Assembly (NCBI GenBank): GCA_025603075.1
Contig: MU626362.1
Span: forward strand, 1-64,000
Source of the DNA: Neoconidiobolus thromboides FSU 785
Taxonomy: Eukaryota > Fungi > Entomophthoromycota
Reading direction: 5' to 3'
DNA length: 64,000 bases
A model generated the notes under the pieces. That model did not search any database, was not told the DNA's origin, and worked only from the letters and a program-made list of their open reading frames with translations. Positions 24,240-35,200 of this stretch are shown piece after piece. Both the position numbers and the translations under genes were made by a program. Each line of letters begins with the position of its first letter. Position 1 is the first letter of the stretch.

Positions 24240-25732
24240 TTTAGAATACAAGACAAGATTTTCTGTTAAGTTTCAAATATATAAGTTCAAGGAAGCATAG
24301 TCAACAGCATCATTAAAAATAAAAGTACTTTTTGCCAAATAGTGCTCTTCTTTAACTCCTTGATATTTTGATTGACTGGTAGCTCAACACAGCGTTTCCC
24401 AACTAATTCCTTAAAATCCCTTGATGGAGTGTTAAATAGATTAAAGGTAAAACGTCCATTACAAAAACATAAATTAATGTCATGATGGAATGTATGGCTG
24501 CTACACTGAGTGAAAATTTCGTGACTAAGGCATAAAAGCTACTAAAGGTAATTTTTAGAGGCAAACTAAGGTTATACAAGAAAAGGCGTCACCTAATTAA
24601 TACCCTATACTGTAAACATCAATCCTAGTACCTATTAGTTCAGGAATTAGAAGTAAAGAAACAGATGAAGTTAATGTAATTTGGTCAATAGCAAGGGATA
24701 AAGAAAAAAGAATTAATCCAACATGAATAAAAACTGCACTTCAAGGTAATAAGCCCACTGAGATTATACCAAATGTAGCTGAAGCAATAACAAAAAAGTC
24801 AATGAAGTTTTCATTTAAAAGTGAAACTAAAGTTGACAATACTATATATATATCGAAGTTCCAAGTAATAGCTATATTTATAGAGTATATTCTATTTATC
24901 TTAGCTAAAAACTCGTCAACAGATGCAAGGAATGCCGTATATATCTCACCTAAGAAGAAAACTGTAAAGGGTATAATCCAAAATCCAGTTGGTAAATATA
25001 ACAGATTCTTGATAGAAAAGCTGTTTTTTTTTGCTTTTTCGATAATATGCTTACCACTAGTACGATCCAATATAAAAGCAGAAATCAAAGTACCAAGCAC
25101 AAAATACTATAAATACCAATTGAAGGCCAAAGAACATAGTTATGAAATCTAGGTTTAATCATCATAGAGATTATAGCTGCTTGAATTGACAGAATAGACG
25201 TATAATATAGACAAGTTTTCAACCTAATGATAGTAGTAATAATAAATGTGGAAAACCATTTTCCTAAAGCAACCTCTTGTGTAACTACAATAATTCCATA
25301 TCTTAAACCAAGAACAATTTGTCCAGTAATAAACAAAGGAAAAGATTCAACATGAGCAGAAATATCAGTAATAATACTTGCAATAAGAACTATAGAAGAG
25401 CTAATCACTGAGCCAGGAGCTGTAAAGCACTTGTATAAACTCCAACTAACAATTACATGATCAAGTTAATCAATAAACTACAGATCCACGGTTTCATATT
25501 GACTCCCAATTGACCCTTAATTTTCCTTAAAGCGTCCTTCTGAATATTTTAGCAAATATGTTGGAAAATAGAATCCAGCTGAAAACAAAACAGTACAGAA
25601 TAAAGCTAATACTTTCTAGACCCATCTTTCATTAGGACTTTCCTTTAACTTGCTTGATTCAGCATTGGTAATTAGTTTAGTATAACTCCTAGATCTTTTC
25701 TCTTCAATTTCACTTAATACAATGCTAACCAT
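24240..25732 (-). pseudogene. MFS transporter (MFSD1-like) pseudogene, copy 2
   Basis: ERWV*KVLALFCTVLFSAGFYF..., SAHVESFPLFITGQIVLGLRYGIIVVTQEVALGKWFS and LLIPELIGTRIDVY align with copy 1; multiple stops and frameshifts; 3' boundary approximate. Confidence 0.72.
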
Positions 25733-25873
25733 AGTAGGTTTAATCTACTTCCTTTTATATCTAGTAAACGCATATATTATGTCTATTGTACTTTATTCAT
25801 AATCAAAAAAATGATTTTTTAGAAAATGATTTTGCTTTATTATATGAATTAGATATGATTAATTATAGTAACT

Positions 25874-25971
25874 GGAGATGTATTTTTGTGGTTAAGAATT
25901 TTGCCAACAAATTTTCTGCTTAAATAGCGCTTAAAAAATGGAAAAAACAATGAAGTCAAAAAAACACTCCC
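25874..25971 (-). mobile_element. MITE copy
   Basis: ggagatgt...acactccc; TSD AACT/AACT. Confidence 0.9.
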
Positions 25972-26987
25972 AACTGTTTTATGTAGAAAATTTACCAAAA
26001 TATAGATGTTGAATATTTAACAAATATCACTATTATGGCTATAGAAGAGGAAGCTTCATATTCGATTAGAGAACTATACTTTCTTTATAATAGATTTGAT
26101 AATTTAACATCATCAATTATATCACATTTAATTTATTATACTATTACATCAAATAGTACATAACCATAAAATAACTAGATGTTAAAATTTTGTATGATTT
26201 GACTATAAACTGATTGCTTTGGCTTTGAAAATAAACTTACTAGTAATGGAGAATGACATCATATATTTTGTTTAGGATTTTATGATAATATATATTACAA
26301 TCACCTGCATATAACAACGACACATATTTATATGACTATAGTATTTAAGTATAATGAGCAGTAGCTATTAAAGTTTAGAAATACTACTAATCTATTACAT
26401 CAGCTTTTCATTAAACTTATAATAAAATCATTATTAAAACCAATAAAACACTATATACATTGATGCCTTTTTATTTTCTAAGTTTAATAAACGTAGAATA
26501 TATTATCATCTGTATACCTTCATATGATATAACCTGGCCTTGAGCTTTTGTTACTCACTATTTTTTATAACCATGTCTTTAAATAAAATAAGAATTTTAT
26601 TCACATCTCATTTTGTTTTATTCAAGCTAATTATACATTCCATCTTTAAAATATTTTTTCTAGATTACTTATTCTTGTGAAAGGTATAGTTTATTGAGAT
26701 TAGGAAGATTTAAAGAGATAGGAGATATAGATATGTAGTGTGAGGACTTTAGCCTGAATCAGGGGGAGTGGTGGTCTTCAAAATCATTTTTCTAACTTTT
26801 AAAGTAATGATTTTTATTGAGCAGCAGTAGATAAATAAATAGTCATCACATAAAGGACTTATTACAATTAAATTGAAAAACGCTTAGTTTAAAGTATAAC
26901 ATTTTTATGCTTAGAGACTGGAAGTTTGTTTTTTGTTTATCAAAAAAAATAGAAAATCAATTTAATCTAATAACTATAGACATTTTA

Positions 26988-28169
26988 TTATTCTTTGGCC
27001 AAAGGTTGGAAGAAAGGAATACTATTAATAGCATCAGTGAATTTGGCTACTTGTTCTTCAGACTCTCTAACATCTTCTTCGTCTAATCCTTCTTCTTCAA
27101 TCCATGATTTTCTAATTGGTTTAAGCTTCTTAATTCTTTCTTTGGCAAATGGATTTACAGCTCTACCTTTATTAGCTTTTGCAACTTTAGCAATAATATC
27201 ATCCATAGTTAGATTAGCAAAGGTAGATAAAATAGGATTAGTATAGGTAGAGGGCAAAGTGATACTTCTGCTATTCTTTCCACCCTTGTTAAATTGTCTT
27301 GGGTAATCAGGATATGTATAACAGAAGAAATTAGATTCAGTATCAAGTGCATCTCCAGCAGTCAATAAGAAAGGCGACATTCTATCATCTTGGCTAACTC
27401 TTTGTCTATATCTTTTACCTTCGTATTGATCTTCCTTTGGATGTTTCATTTGCCAGCGATACCATACTAAATCTATAAAAGTATGATGGAAGTAGAAAAT
27501 AGGATCTAAAGGAGAGTACATAGTAGAAAAATCGGAAGGACGATCACCAATACTCATATGGGGATCACCATGAAATCTTTCTACTAAATGAGCAAAAAAC
27601 GAAAATCTAGGATCATTAATAGCAACCAACATTTGTTCTGGTGAAGCAAATCGACTAATTGTGTTATCCTCTCCTTGACCATCATCAAATTTCCTTGTTA
27701 AGTAATGAGGGCTTGGGAAGTCGAAGTAGGTATTATTAAATGGCCCATCAGTTAAACGATATTCTTCGTCAGGGTTTCCATTTTTTCCAAGGAAATCAAA
27801 TATTTCACTTTTTTCTGGATTGTTAGCATCATAAGTCCAATCCCAATAAGCTAAATGTACTCCTGGGTCAATACGTTGTAATTCCATTTCAAAATATCTT
27901 AAAAAGATACGATGCCATGGATAAAATGCTGGTTTACCATGAGCAAATTTATTTGCCCTTTGATGAATACGTGCAAATTTTTCAAATCGACTTAATTTAT
28001 CATTACTAAATGGATCAGGTTCCATTAGTTTACGCATTGCATTTATTAATCTATTGCGCTCATCATCACTTAATTCACGTATTTCCTTACGTAAATATGG
28101 GCTTTCGCAGCGTCCAGCAGCTATCCCACTTATTAAAAGTCCACTTAAAACCCAGTTTATTAATTTCAT
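26988..28169 (-). CDS. Secreted tyrosinase-like type-3 di-copper protein
   Basis: Signal-peptide-like N-terminus; RKEIRELS; CuA IHQRANKFAHGKPAFYPWHR; CuB FHGDPH...SPLDPIFYFHHTFID. Confidence 0.9.
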   Translation of the reverse strand: MKLINWVLSGLLISGIAAGRCESPYLRKEIRELSDDERNRLINAMRKLMEPDPFSNDKLSRFEKFARIHQRANKFAHGKPAFYPWHRIFLRYFEMELQRIDPGVHLAYWDWTYDANNPEKSEIFDFLGKNGNPDEEYRLTDGPFNNTYFDFPSPHYLTRKFDDGQGEDNTISRFASPEQMLVAINDPRFSFFAHLVERFHGDPHMSIGDRPSDFSTMYSPLDPIFYFHHTFIDLVWYRWQMKHPKEDQYEGKRYRQRVSQDDRMSPFLLTAGDALDTESNFFCYTYPDYPRQFNKGGKNSRSITLPSTYTNPILSTFANLTMDDIIAKVAKANKGRAVNPFAKERIKKLKPIRKSWIEEEGLDEEDVRESEEQVAKFTDAINSIPFFQPLAKE

Positions 28170-28546
28170 TAGCCTTTTTTTTAAGTACCAGCTTTTATTG
28201 ATTAATTTATTAATTTCAAATTAATAAATAAATAAGCAAAAAATAATGTTAAAAGACCGATGTTCTAGTATTTATAATAATAATAACAGAAACTTACTTA
28301 TTTATAATAGTAGTCAATCTTAACTATCGTTTTGTTTATCCTTTTCTTTTTATATTCGATTTTAATTTTAGTTTGATTTTTTGGCTTATCTTTTTTCTAG
28401 TAAATCAAATTAAATCTGCCTCAAATCTTTAATTTTTGGTACCCAATGCAACAATTAGAAAATTGGACCAGCCATGTTGAAAAATCCCTCATTTTTTTAA
28501 TAACAATAAAATCCCTCACTTTTTAATTCAGACATTTGTTTAATAT

Positions 28547-28641
28547 GGGGATGTTTTTTCTAGCTTCATTATTTTTTCTGTTTTTTAAGTGCTATTTGAG
28601 TGGAAAGATAGTAAAATTCTTAAACCAAAAAATACATCCAC
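28547..28641 (+). mobile_element. MITE copy
   Basis: ggggatgt...acatccac; TSD ATAT/ATAT. Confidence 0.9.
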
Positions 28642-28913
28642 ATATCATTTTGTATTTTATTCTAACTTTATTTGATAGCACATTCATGCTATCTTTCATT
28701 TTCCATTATTTTATAATTGGTTTTAAGCTTAAAAATTCTACTATTAGCACAATATTAAGTTTTATATATAAAAGTAAACATAAAATGAAATCATATGGAA
28801 ATAACAACAGTACTATTAACAATAGTAAATAAACAACAATAATTTGCTAAAATTAATTTTTAATTTTTTGAATTTTTGAATTGCGTCAATTTTAAGATAG
28901 TCAAATACCATTT

Positions 28914-29011
28914 GGGAGTGTTTTTTTAACTTCATTATTTTTTCCATTTTTTAAGTGCTATTTAAGCGGAAAGTTTGTTAGTAAAATTCTTAAATACAAA
29001 AATACATCCTC
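28914..29011 (+). mobile_element. MITE copy
   Basis: gggagtgt...acatcctc; TSD ATTT/ATTT. Confidence 0.9.
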
Positions 29012-29071
29012 ATTTATTTATTTAAAAGGTTTGTATAATTAAACGCCAAATATTTAATTAAAATAACAAGT

Positions 29072-29167
29072 GAGGATGCGCTTTTTTATTTAAGAATTTA
29101 CTACAACCTTTTCACTCAAATAGCGCTTAAAAAATGGAAAAATAATGAAACTAAAAAAAACAGCCCC
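29072..29167 (-). mobile_element. MITE copy
   Basis: gaggatgc...acagcccc; TSD AAGT/AAGT. Confidence 0.9.
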
Positions 29168-29798
29168 AAGTAGAATCAATTGTGGTTAGATGTTTTTGCT
29201 TTTTTAATTTGTTGCTAATTTCTTTCATATCGAATTTTTAATAAGCTATTATATATGATTTATAAACTCAGTATAAAAGATATTGATAGAAAATTAAAAA
29301 AAGTAAAGCCATCTGACCACAACCAGCTTTTATATCAATTAATAATCATATTACTATTTTTTGTAAATAAAATACTTTTTAAATATATTCTATTATCATA
29401 TTAACTAATATTTGATATTATTATTATTTATAGTCTTTAGATTAAAAAATTATGTTACGATAGCTTAATATTGAAAAGTATTTAAAATAAGAAATTAAAT
29501 TAATTAAATCATCTTAAAACCTAAACAATAAAGTAGCTTACCCATCTTTCCATAGTTCATCAATAAGTAATGATAATTATTTTAAAACCAGTAACTTTGA
29601 GTATATAAAATCATTAATGATTATAATGAGAATCAATATTTATTATAGTTCAATTATAGCAACTATTTACAAAGAATTATTTTATAAATCAAGTATAAAA
29701 GATTTATATTATAGAATTTATAAATTTTAATCTCTATAAAAGTATAAAAATATAAAAATATAAGTTTATATGACTTAAACCAATTATCTAAAAGAAAT

Positions 29799-29895
29799 GG
29801 GGATGCTTTTTTTGGCTTCATCACCTTTCCCATTTGTAGACGCTATTTGAGCAGAAAGATTGTAGTAAAATTCTTAAATAAAAAAGTATATCCCC
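29799..29895 (+). mobile_element. MITE copy
   Basis: ggggatgc...atatcccc; flanks AAAT/ATAT. Confidence 0.88.
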
Positions 29896-30067
29896 ATATT
29901 CTATTTCAAATAATAATAAATATCAACACTTCTAGTATTTGAAGTCAATGTCTCAAATGTCAGAATTATAATTGATAGTTTAATAATTAAAAAATATAGC
30001 CTTCCAATTACTGCAAAAAATCAAAATGAAGTGTTTTTATACTCTAGATGTACAATTAGTATAATAT

Positions 30068-30166
30068 GAGAGTGTTTTTTTTGACTTCATTACTTTTTCC
30101 ATTTTTTAAGCGCTATTTGAGTGGAAAAGCTATTAATGAAATTCTTAAACACAAAAATACATCCCC
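30068..30166 (+). mobile_element. MITE copy
   Basis: gagagtgt...acatcccc; TSD ATAT/ATAT. Confidence 0.9.
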
Positions 30167-30198
30167 ATATAGTACTGCCAGCTTTTTTGACATCAAGT

Positions 30199-30295
30199 GA
30201 GGATGTATTTTTGTGTTTAAGAATTTTACTAATAATCTTTCCGCTTAAATAGCGCTTAAAAAATGGAAAAAATAATGAAGTTAAAAAAACACTAC
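30199..30295 (-). mobile_element. MITE copy
   Basis: gaggatgt...acactac; flanks AAGT/AAAT. Confidence 0.88.
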
Positions 30296-30423
30296 AAATA
30301 TTGTCTAATAATAATAATTCTAAAAATAGTATATGGATTTCAAGAACTATTTTAATTTAACTATACTTTTTATTGATAAGGTTGTTTTTTTTTAATAAAT
30401 TCAAAATATTATAATTAATATAT

Positions 30424-30522
30424 GGGGATGTATTTTTGTGTTTAAGAATTTTACTAACAAATTTTCCGCTTGAATAGCGCTTAAAAGGTGGAAAAAGTAA
30501 TGAAATCAAAAAAATCATCCCC
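30424..30522 (-). mobile_element. MITE copy
   Basis: ggggatgt...tcatcccc; TSD ATAT/ATAT. Confidence 0.9.
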
Positions 30523-32421
30523 ATATTATTTCTTCTTTTTTCTTTACATTAAATAACACTTTTAATTAAAAATATTTACTTTTATATCGTAAGTTTATAA
30601 TACAATTAGAATTTAATTAGCTTCATAGAACATACAATACACTTTTAATTATTATCTTCAAACATCTTAAACATTAAAAGATCTAGAAACGTATTGACAT
30701 AATAGATTATATCTATTTTATACAATGACATATTAGTTTACCATTATGGTTTTTATAATAATGGTTTTTGGTTCTTTTGGTCTAGTTCATACTAAGCAGT
30801 GATTTGCACCATAACTGCTTGATTTTAAAAAGAAATAATCTTTAAAGTGCGCTCTTTAGTATTTTTTCCTTTTGCTGCTATTACTTTATATAAAAGAGAT
30901 CTAATTATTTTATTAATTTACTTTGAAGTAAGAAAGCTAAAAATAAAAAACTTTTGGTGATCGGAGTATAATAGTATTAAATCATTTAGAATTAATACTA
31001 TTCAATTTGTTTTTTCTAAATTATATATTATTCGCATTAAAATAAACATATAAATTAAAAATAACAGACCTATAATATAACAATAATCAAAAGTTGTCTA
31101 TACTAATTTTAGTTAAATATTTTATTTTATTTTACTTTGATTCCATTTAATTAATAATTGATAATTAATAATTAAATTAATATTAATATTCAATAGCTTA
31201 TTTCTTTGTTTTTATATTAAATTTAAAATCTAAACCCAACATTAAATTTGAGACCCAAAAGAAATAGATTTGCTTTGATGCAAGTTCCTACTATCAAGTA
31301 ATAATTAAAAAATAATATATCAGCTACAAGCACCACACAATGCGACTTATTCAATTCTGGAATAAGAGGGGAACATGGTAAAAAAAATAAGGAAAATAAA
31401 GGTGCAATTAAAGTAATAAACTAGCTATATTATAGAGTACAATACAAAAATTATATCAAAAACATCACTTTGTTAATAACAAACTTAAGTTTCTTTTTAT
31501 TAAAATCAAATCATAATATTAATTCAAATGGACTTTTGGGGAGGACAATTTAACCTTTTAATTCGATTATGAATGTTCTTGTTTAATTAGAAATTGACCA
31601 TGAAGTCATTTTGTTTTAATTTGAATATTAAACTATTGAAACTATGTAAATTTTAACTATTAGTAAGTTAACCTACTGTTTATATTTATATACATATTAT
31701 AAATAATGGGGTTAATTTGAAAGTATGGGGGAAACCAAGAGAAACAATGAGTAATTAAGTCCAGTTACAAACTGAGATTTTCAAATATGTAGGAAAAACT
31801 GACTTAACTGACAATTGCCCCTTAATTAACTTTACCCATGTAAAGTAAAATTCAAGCGTGGTAACTTCACTCAACCCCAAAATTTTAATACTAAAGTCAT
31901 TCTTTTGCCATATGTTATTCATTTTTTATCCAAATTTGTGCTGCTAAATATTATTTCCTAGCCAAAATTTTCAACTATTTACTTTGTTTTTTTAGGGAAC
32001 AATAACTTGCCCAATAATAGTGGTTAAAGTAGAGCCCTTATTCACTTTCATTGGTTTATGCCATGATCTATGAAAAGAATAGGTCATTCCACCCTCAATC
32101 ATTGGTAGGACACTATCATGAGCTTAATAGAGATGATTTTAATTAAGTTGAGTTACCCACCTCAATAACTTCCCCTTAATTAACTACATGATATATACAA
32201 TATAAAATAATTTTGAATTGAAATTTACCTTTGTTCGTTTCTTTCTCTTAATTTTTACTTTTAAGACATCTTAATCAATTATCGTTTTTAACTTCTATTA
32301 TTAAGTTATAGTATTAATAGTCAAAGCTTTATCAGCAACAATAATAATAATTGATTAATTGTCCATAAATTACGCTTACCCTTTTAGAATTATTTAAATA
32401 AAATATATAATATAATATAAT

Positions 32422-33261
32422 ATGAAATTAAACATTTCCAATATACAATCAATTCAGCCATGTGCTCATAATATGGAATGTAAACAAGCAGGTTGTAATT
32501 CCTGTCGAAACTTTAGTAATGTGGAAGATAACTTATTAAAAATGGATTCTTTATATGGTGCCAGTTTTACTCCATGGTTAAAAAATGAAGAAAATGTCAT
32601 GGTTACAGCTACTTATTTACAACGAGTGTGTAATGAATATTGTTTTCCAAGGATTGTTACAGCTATACGCTGGTTAGAAAAAGGGTGGAAACCAGATTCT
32701 ACCGCTTGGTTAATTAAACATATTACTCAACATTGGGGTACAGGCAACCGATGCTCAACAGAAAAAATTGATATAGCTAGAGCTATATTTATACAATGTC
32801 TCATGGAACAGTGGACAAAACAAAAGAAGGGAGAATTTGTACCAATATTTTTAGATCTAACTTATCCAAATTCAAATCCACGTCGACTAGTATTTTTAAA
32901 AACATTATTTGATAAAATGGATTTTGAAGAATTAACCGAATTATTTTCCATTATGGGTTCAGGGTTAGATTACAGTACTAAAGTAGTTATTCTTCAAATG
33001 GCCGCTGGTAGAAATAATAAACTTAAAGCTAAACGTCAAGTAGAAACCCATACTACAGAAGAATCACCAAAGAAGACAAAATGTTATGAATCTATACCAT
33101 CTAATAACTCATTAGGTTTAGTCATGACATCTGAAGAAAACCATCATATGAATGAGTCTTTAGAAGATATATTTGAAAATGTTAATACCACTAGTATAAA
33201 TAATATTTCACTAATAGATAATACAACCAACTCTAGTATTTATAATAAAACCCTGAATTGA
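32422..33261 (+). CDS. Hypothetical protein (279 aa) with an N-terminal Cys cluster
   Basis: Intact ORF with ordinary protein composition; CAHNMECKQAGCNSC; Trp-containing helical-looking core; family not recognised. Confidence 0.7.
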   Translation: MKLNISNIQSIQPCAHNMECKQAGCNSCRNFSNVEDNLLKMDSLYGASFTPWLKNEENVMVTATYLQRVCNEYCFPRIVTAIRWLEKGWKPDSTAWLIKHITQHWGTGNRCSTEKIDIARAIFIQCLMEQWTKQKKGEFVPIFLDLTYPNSNPRRLVFLKTLFDKMDFEELTELFSIMGSGLDYSTKVVILQMAAGRNNKLKAKRQVETHTTEESPKKTKCYESIPSNNSLGLVMTSEENHHMNESLEDIFENVNTTSINNISLIDNTTNSSIYNKTLN

Positions 33262-34860
33262 TTCCTCTCGCTTTCTCTCTCCTTTGTTGAGTTAATTTCT
33301 TTTCTAATTGTAATTTAATAGTGATTTAGTCTAATTGAATATTATACATTAATCGTAGTATGACATGAAAGGAGTCCAATTTCGATTATAGATGTAATAA
33401 AGTTTATTATTTTTTAAAAGTATTATTACTATTAATTTTACCATTGTTAATTTTATTATTTTATTTTTTATCAAGTATAATTCAAATTCACCCTTTTAGT
33501 TATTACATCTTGCTTCTTTTTAAATTAAAGCCATATAAAAAAACCCGCTGTGTTTTTCTAAGCAGAAAATTTAAAAATGCGCAATTTGATTTGGTTTTAG
33601 AAGTGTATGGGTTATAAAAAGGCCAATTTTTAATATTAAAATTTTAAAAAGCCTAGATTTATTTAAAAATAAAAGTTAAAAATAGCATTAAGGGGAGAAA
33701 CTTAAAGCCATAAAACTTAGTATACCCATTTATAAGGTAATTAAAATGACAAACTATGAAATCTATTATTAAAACATATTAAATTTTATTATTGCATATT
33801 TAATATTAAAAAATAAAGTATGCTTTTTTTATCTTTGAAAATCTATAAATAATTGTTATATAAAATAAACTGATTTTTTGATTGCAAGATAAAATTTTCA
33901 TTTTTCTTTCTCCTTTCATTTTCTCCTTTTTTCTTTTGAGATTATTTAATACTCCTGCTTAACATTAATAAATTTATTCACACCATGCTTTCCATTATTA
34001 CTTTATCTTTATATGTAACTTGTGTTATATTTACTATTCAATTCTATCATTCTCATACTATCCGATTATTACTTTCAAACTTATTGTTTGAATTTCTAAA
34101 CAATTCATAAAAAGGCGTTTTTACAGAGGATCTGATTTCTATCTTAAAAAGTTTACAAACCTTAATATTTTATTTTTTCTATCAATTGAAATACTTAAAA
34201 TTTTATACATACATTAATTGAAACATTTATATTAAAAAATACGTATAATGCGTAACTCGTTTAGTAGTGTGCTCAATATATAATGAGGGGAATATTTTAC
34301 AATATGGTGTATAAAGCAACTTGTATAATTTATACTACAGCTATATTATTAGCTGTCAATAAATTTATAATAAAATATGATAAGTTGAATGACAGTATTA
34401 AATTTAGCAGTATAGTTATAGAATAGTATTTTACAAAATCAACAAAATATATTTGAGTATGTATTTATTTTCAGTAAATTACAAACTTTTTAAACTTTGT
34501 TCTACAAAAAATGGTTAAAAAACATACTATCTTTTAAAATCTCAAATCAAGGCAAAACTCCTAAGTGTCTTACCATTAAAAGTTTGAAAATTTAAAGATA
34601 AGCTAAGCACTAGATAGATCAAAGTAAATATAATGTGATATAATAACAAAAAGACTAAAAAAGGGGAGAAAACACTTGATCCAAGATATCATTTTACTTT
34701 CAAATTCCACAATGACTCGAAACGAATTCGTAAAACAAACTTAAATAAGAATGACGTCCATGTTTGGGGTATAACTAAAAAAAGGGACCTTTGTTGTATT
34801 AATGTATTTAAGGGCTCATCACAGAATTGAACTCTGAAGCTCTTTCACCCAAAATGACAA

Positions 34861-34892
34861 TCACATCACTAGATCACATCACTAGATCACTA
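34861..34892. repeat. Short tandem repeat (TCACATCACTAGA)x2.5
   Basis: tcacatcactaga tcacatcactaga tcacta read directly. Confidence 0.7.
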
Positions 34893-35200
34893 AGGCATTC
34901 ATCAAGATCAAGTTAATAGTTTATACTGTTTTCATAAATGTCTAGTATTTTAAACATAGAAAATTAACAATGATTTAGAGAAACCGTACAATCCCCGTTC
35001 AAGAGTATCTTACCTGTTTTTCAATCTAATGTTTTATGCTAGTTAATATAATAAAAGGATCTTGATATTGCACTACCATTTCTTTTAAACTTGAAGCTTT
35101 TCAAACTAACACAATCTAGCTTATTTTAAACCATTAAAATTTGAATTAAGTTAAACTTCAACGTAATCAAAAAAGCATCCCTTTTTATAAAAAAAAACTT

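Noticed and set aside
1145-28832. Track ORFs at 1145, 2076, 8423, 15115 and 28536 as genes
   Set aside because: Their similarity comes entirely from embedded MITE sequence
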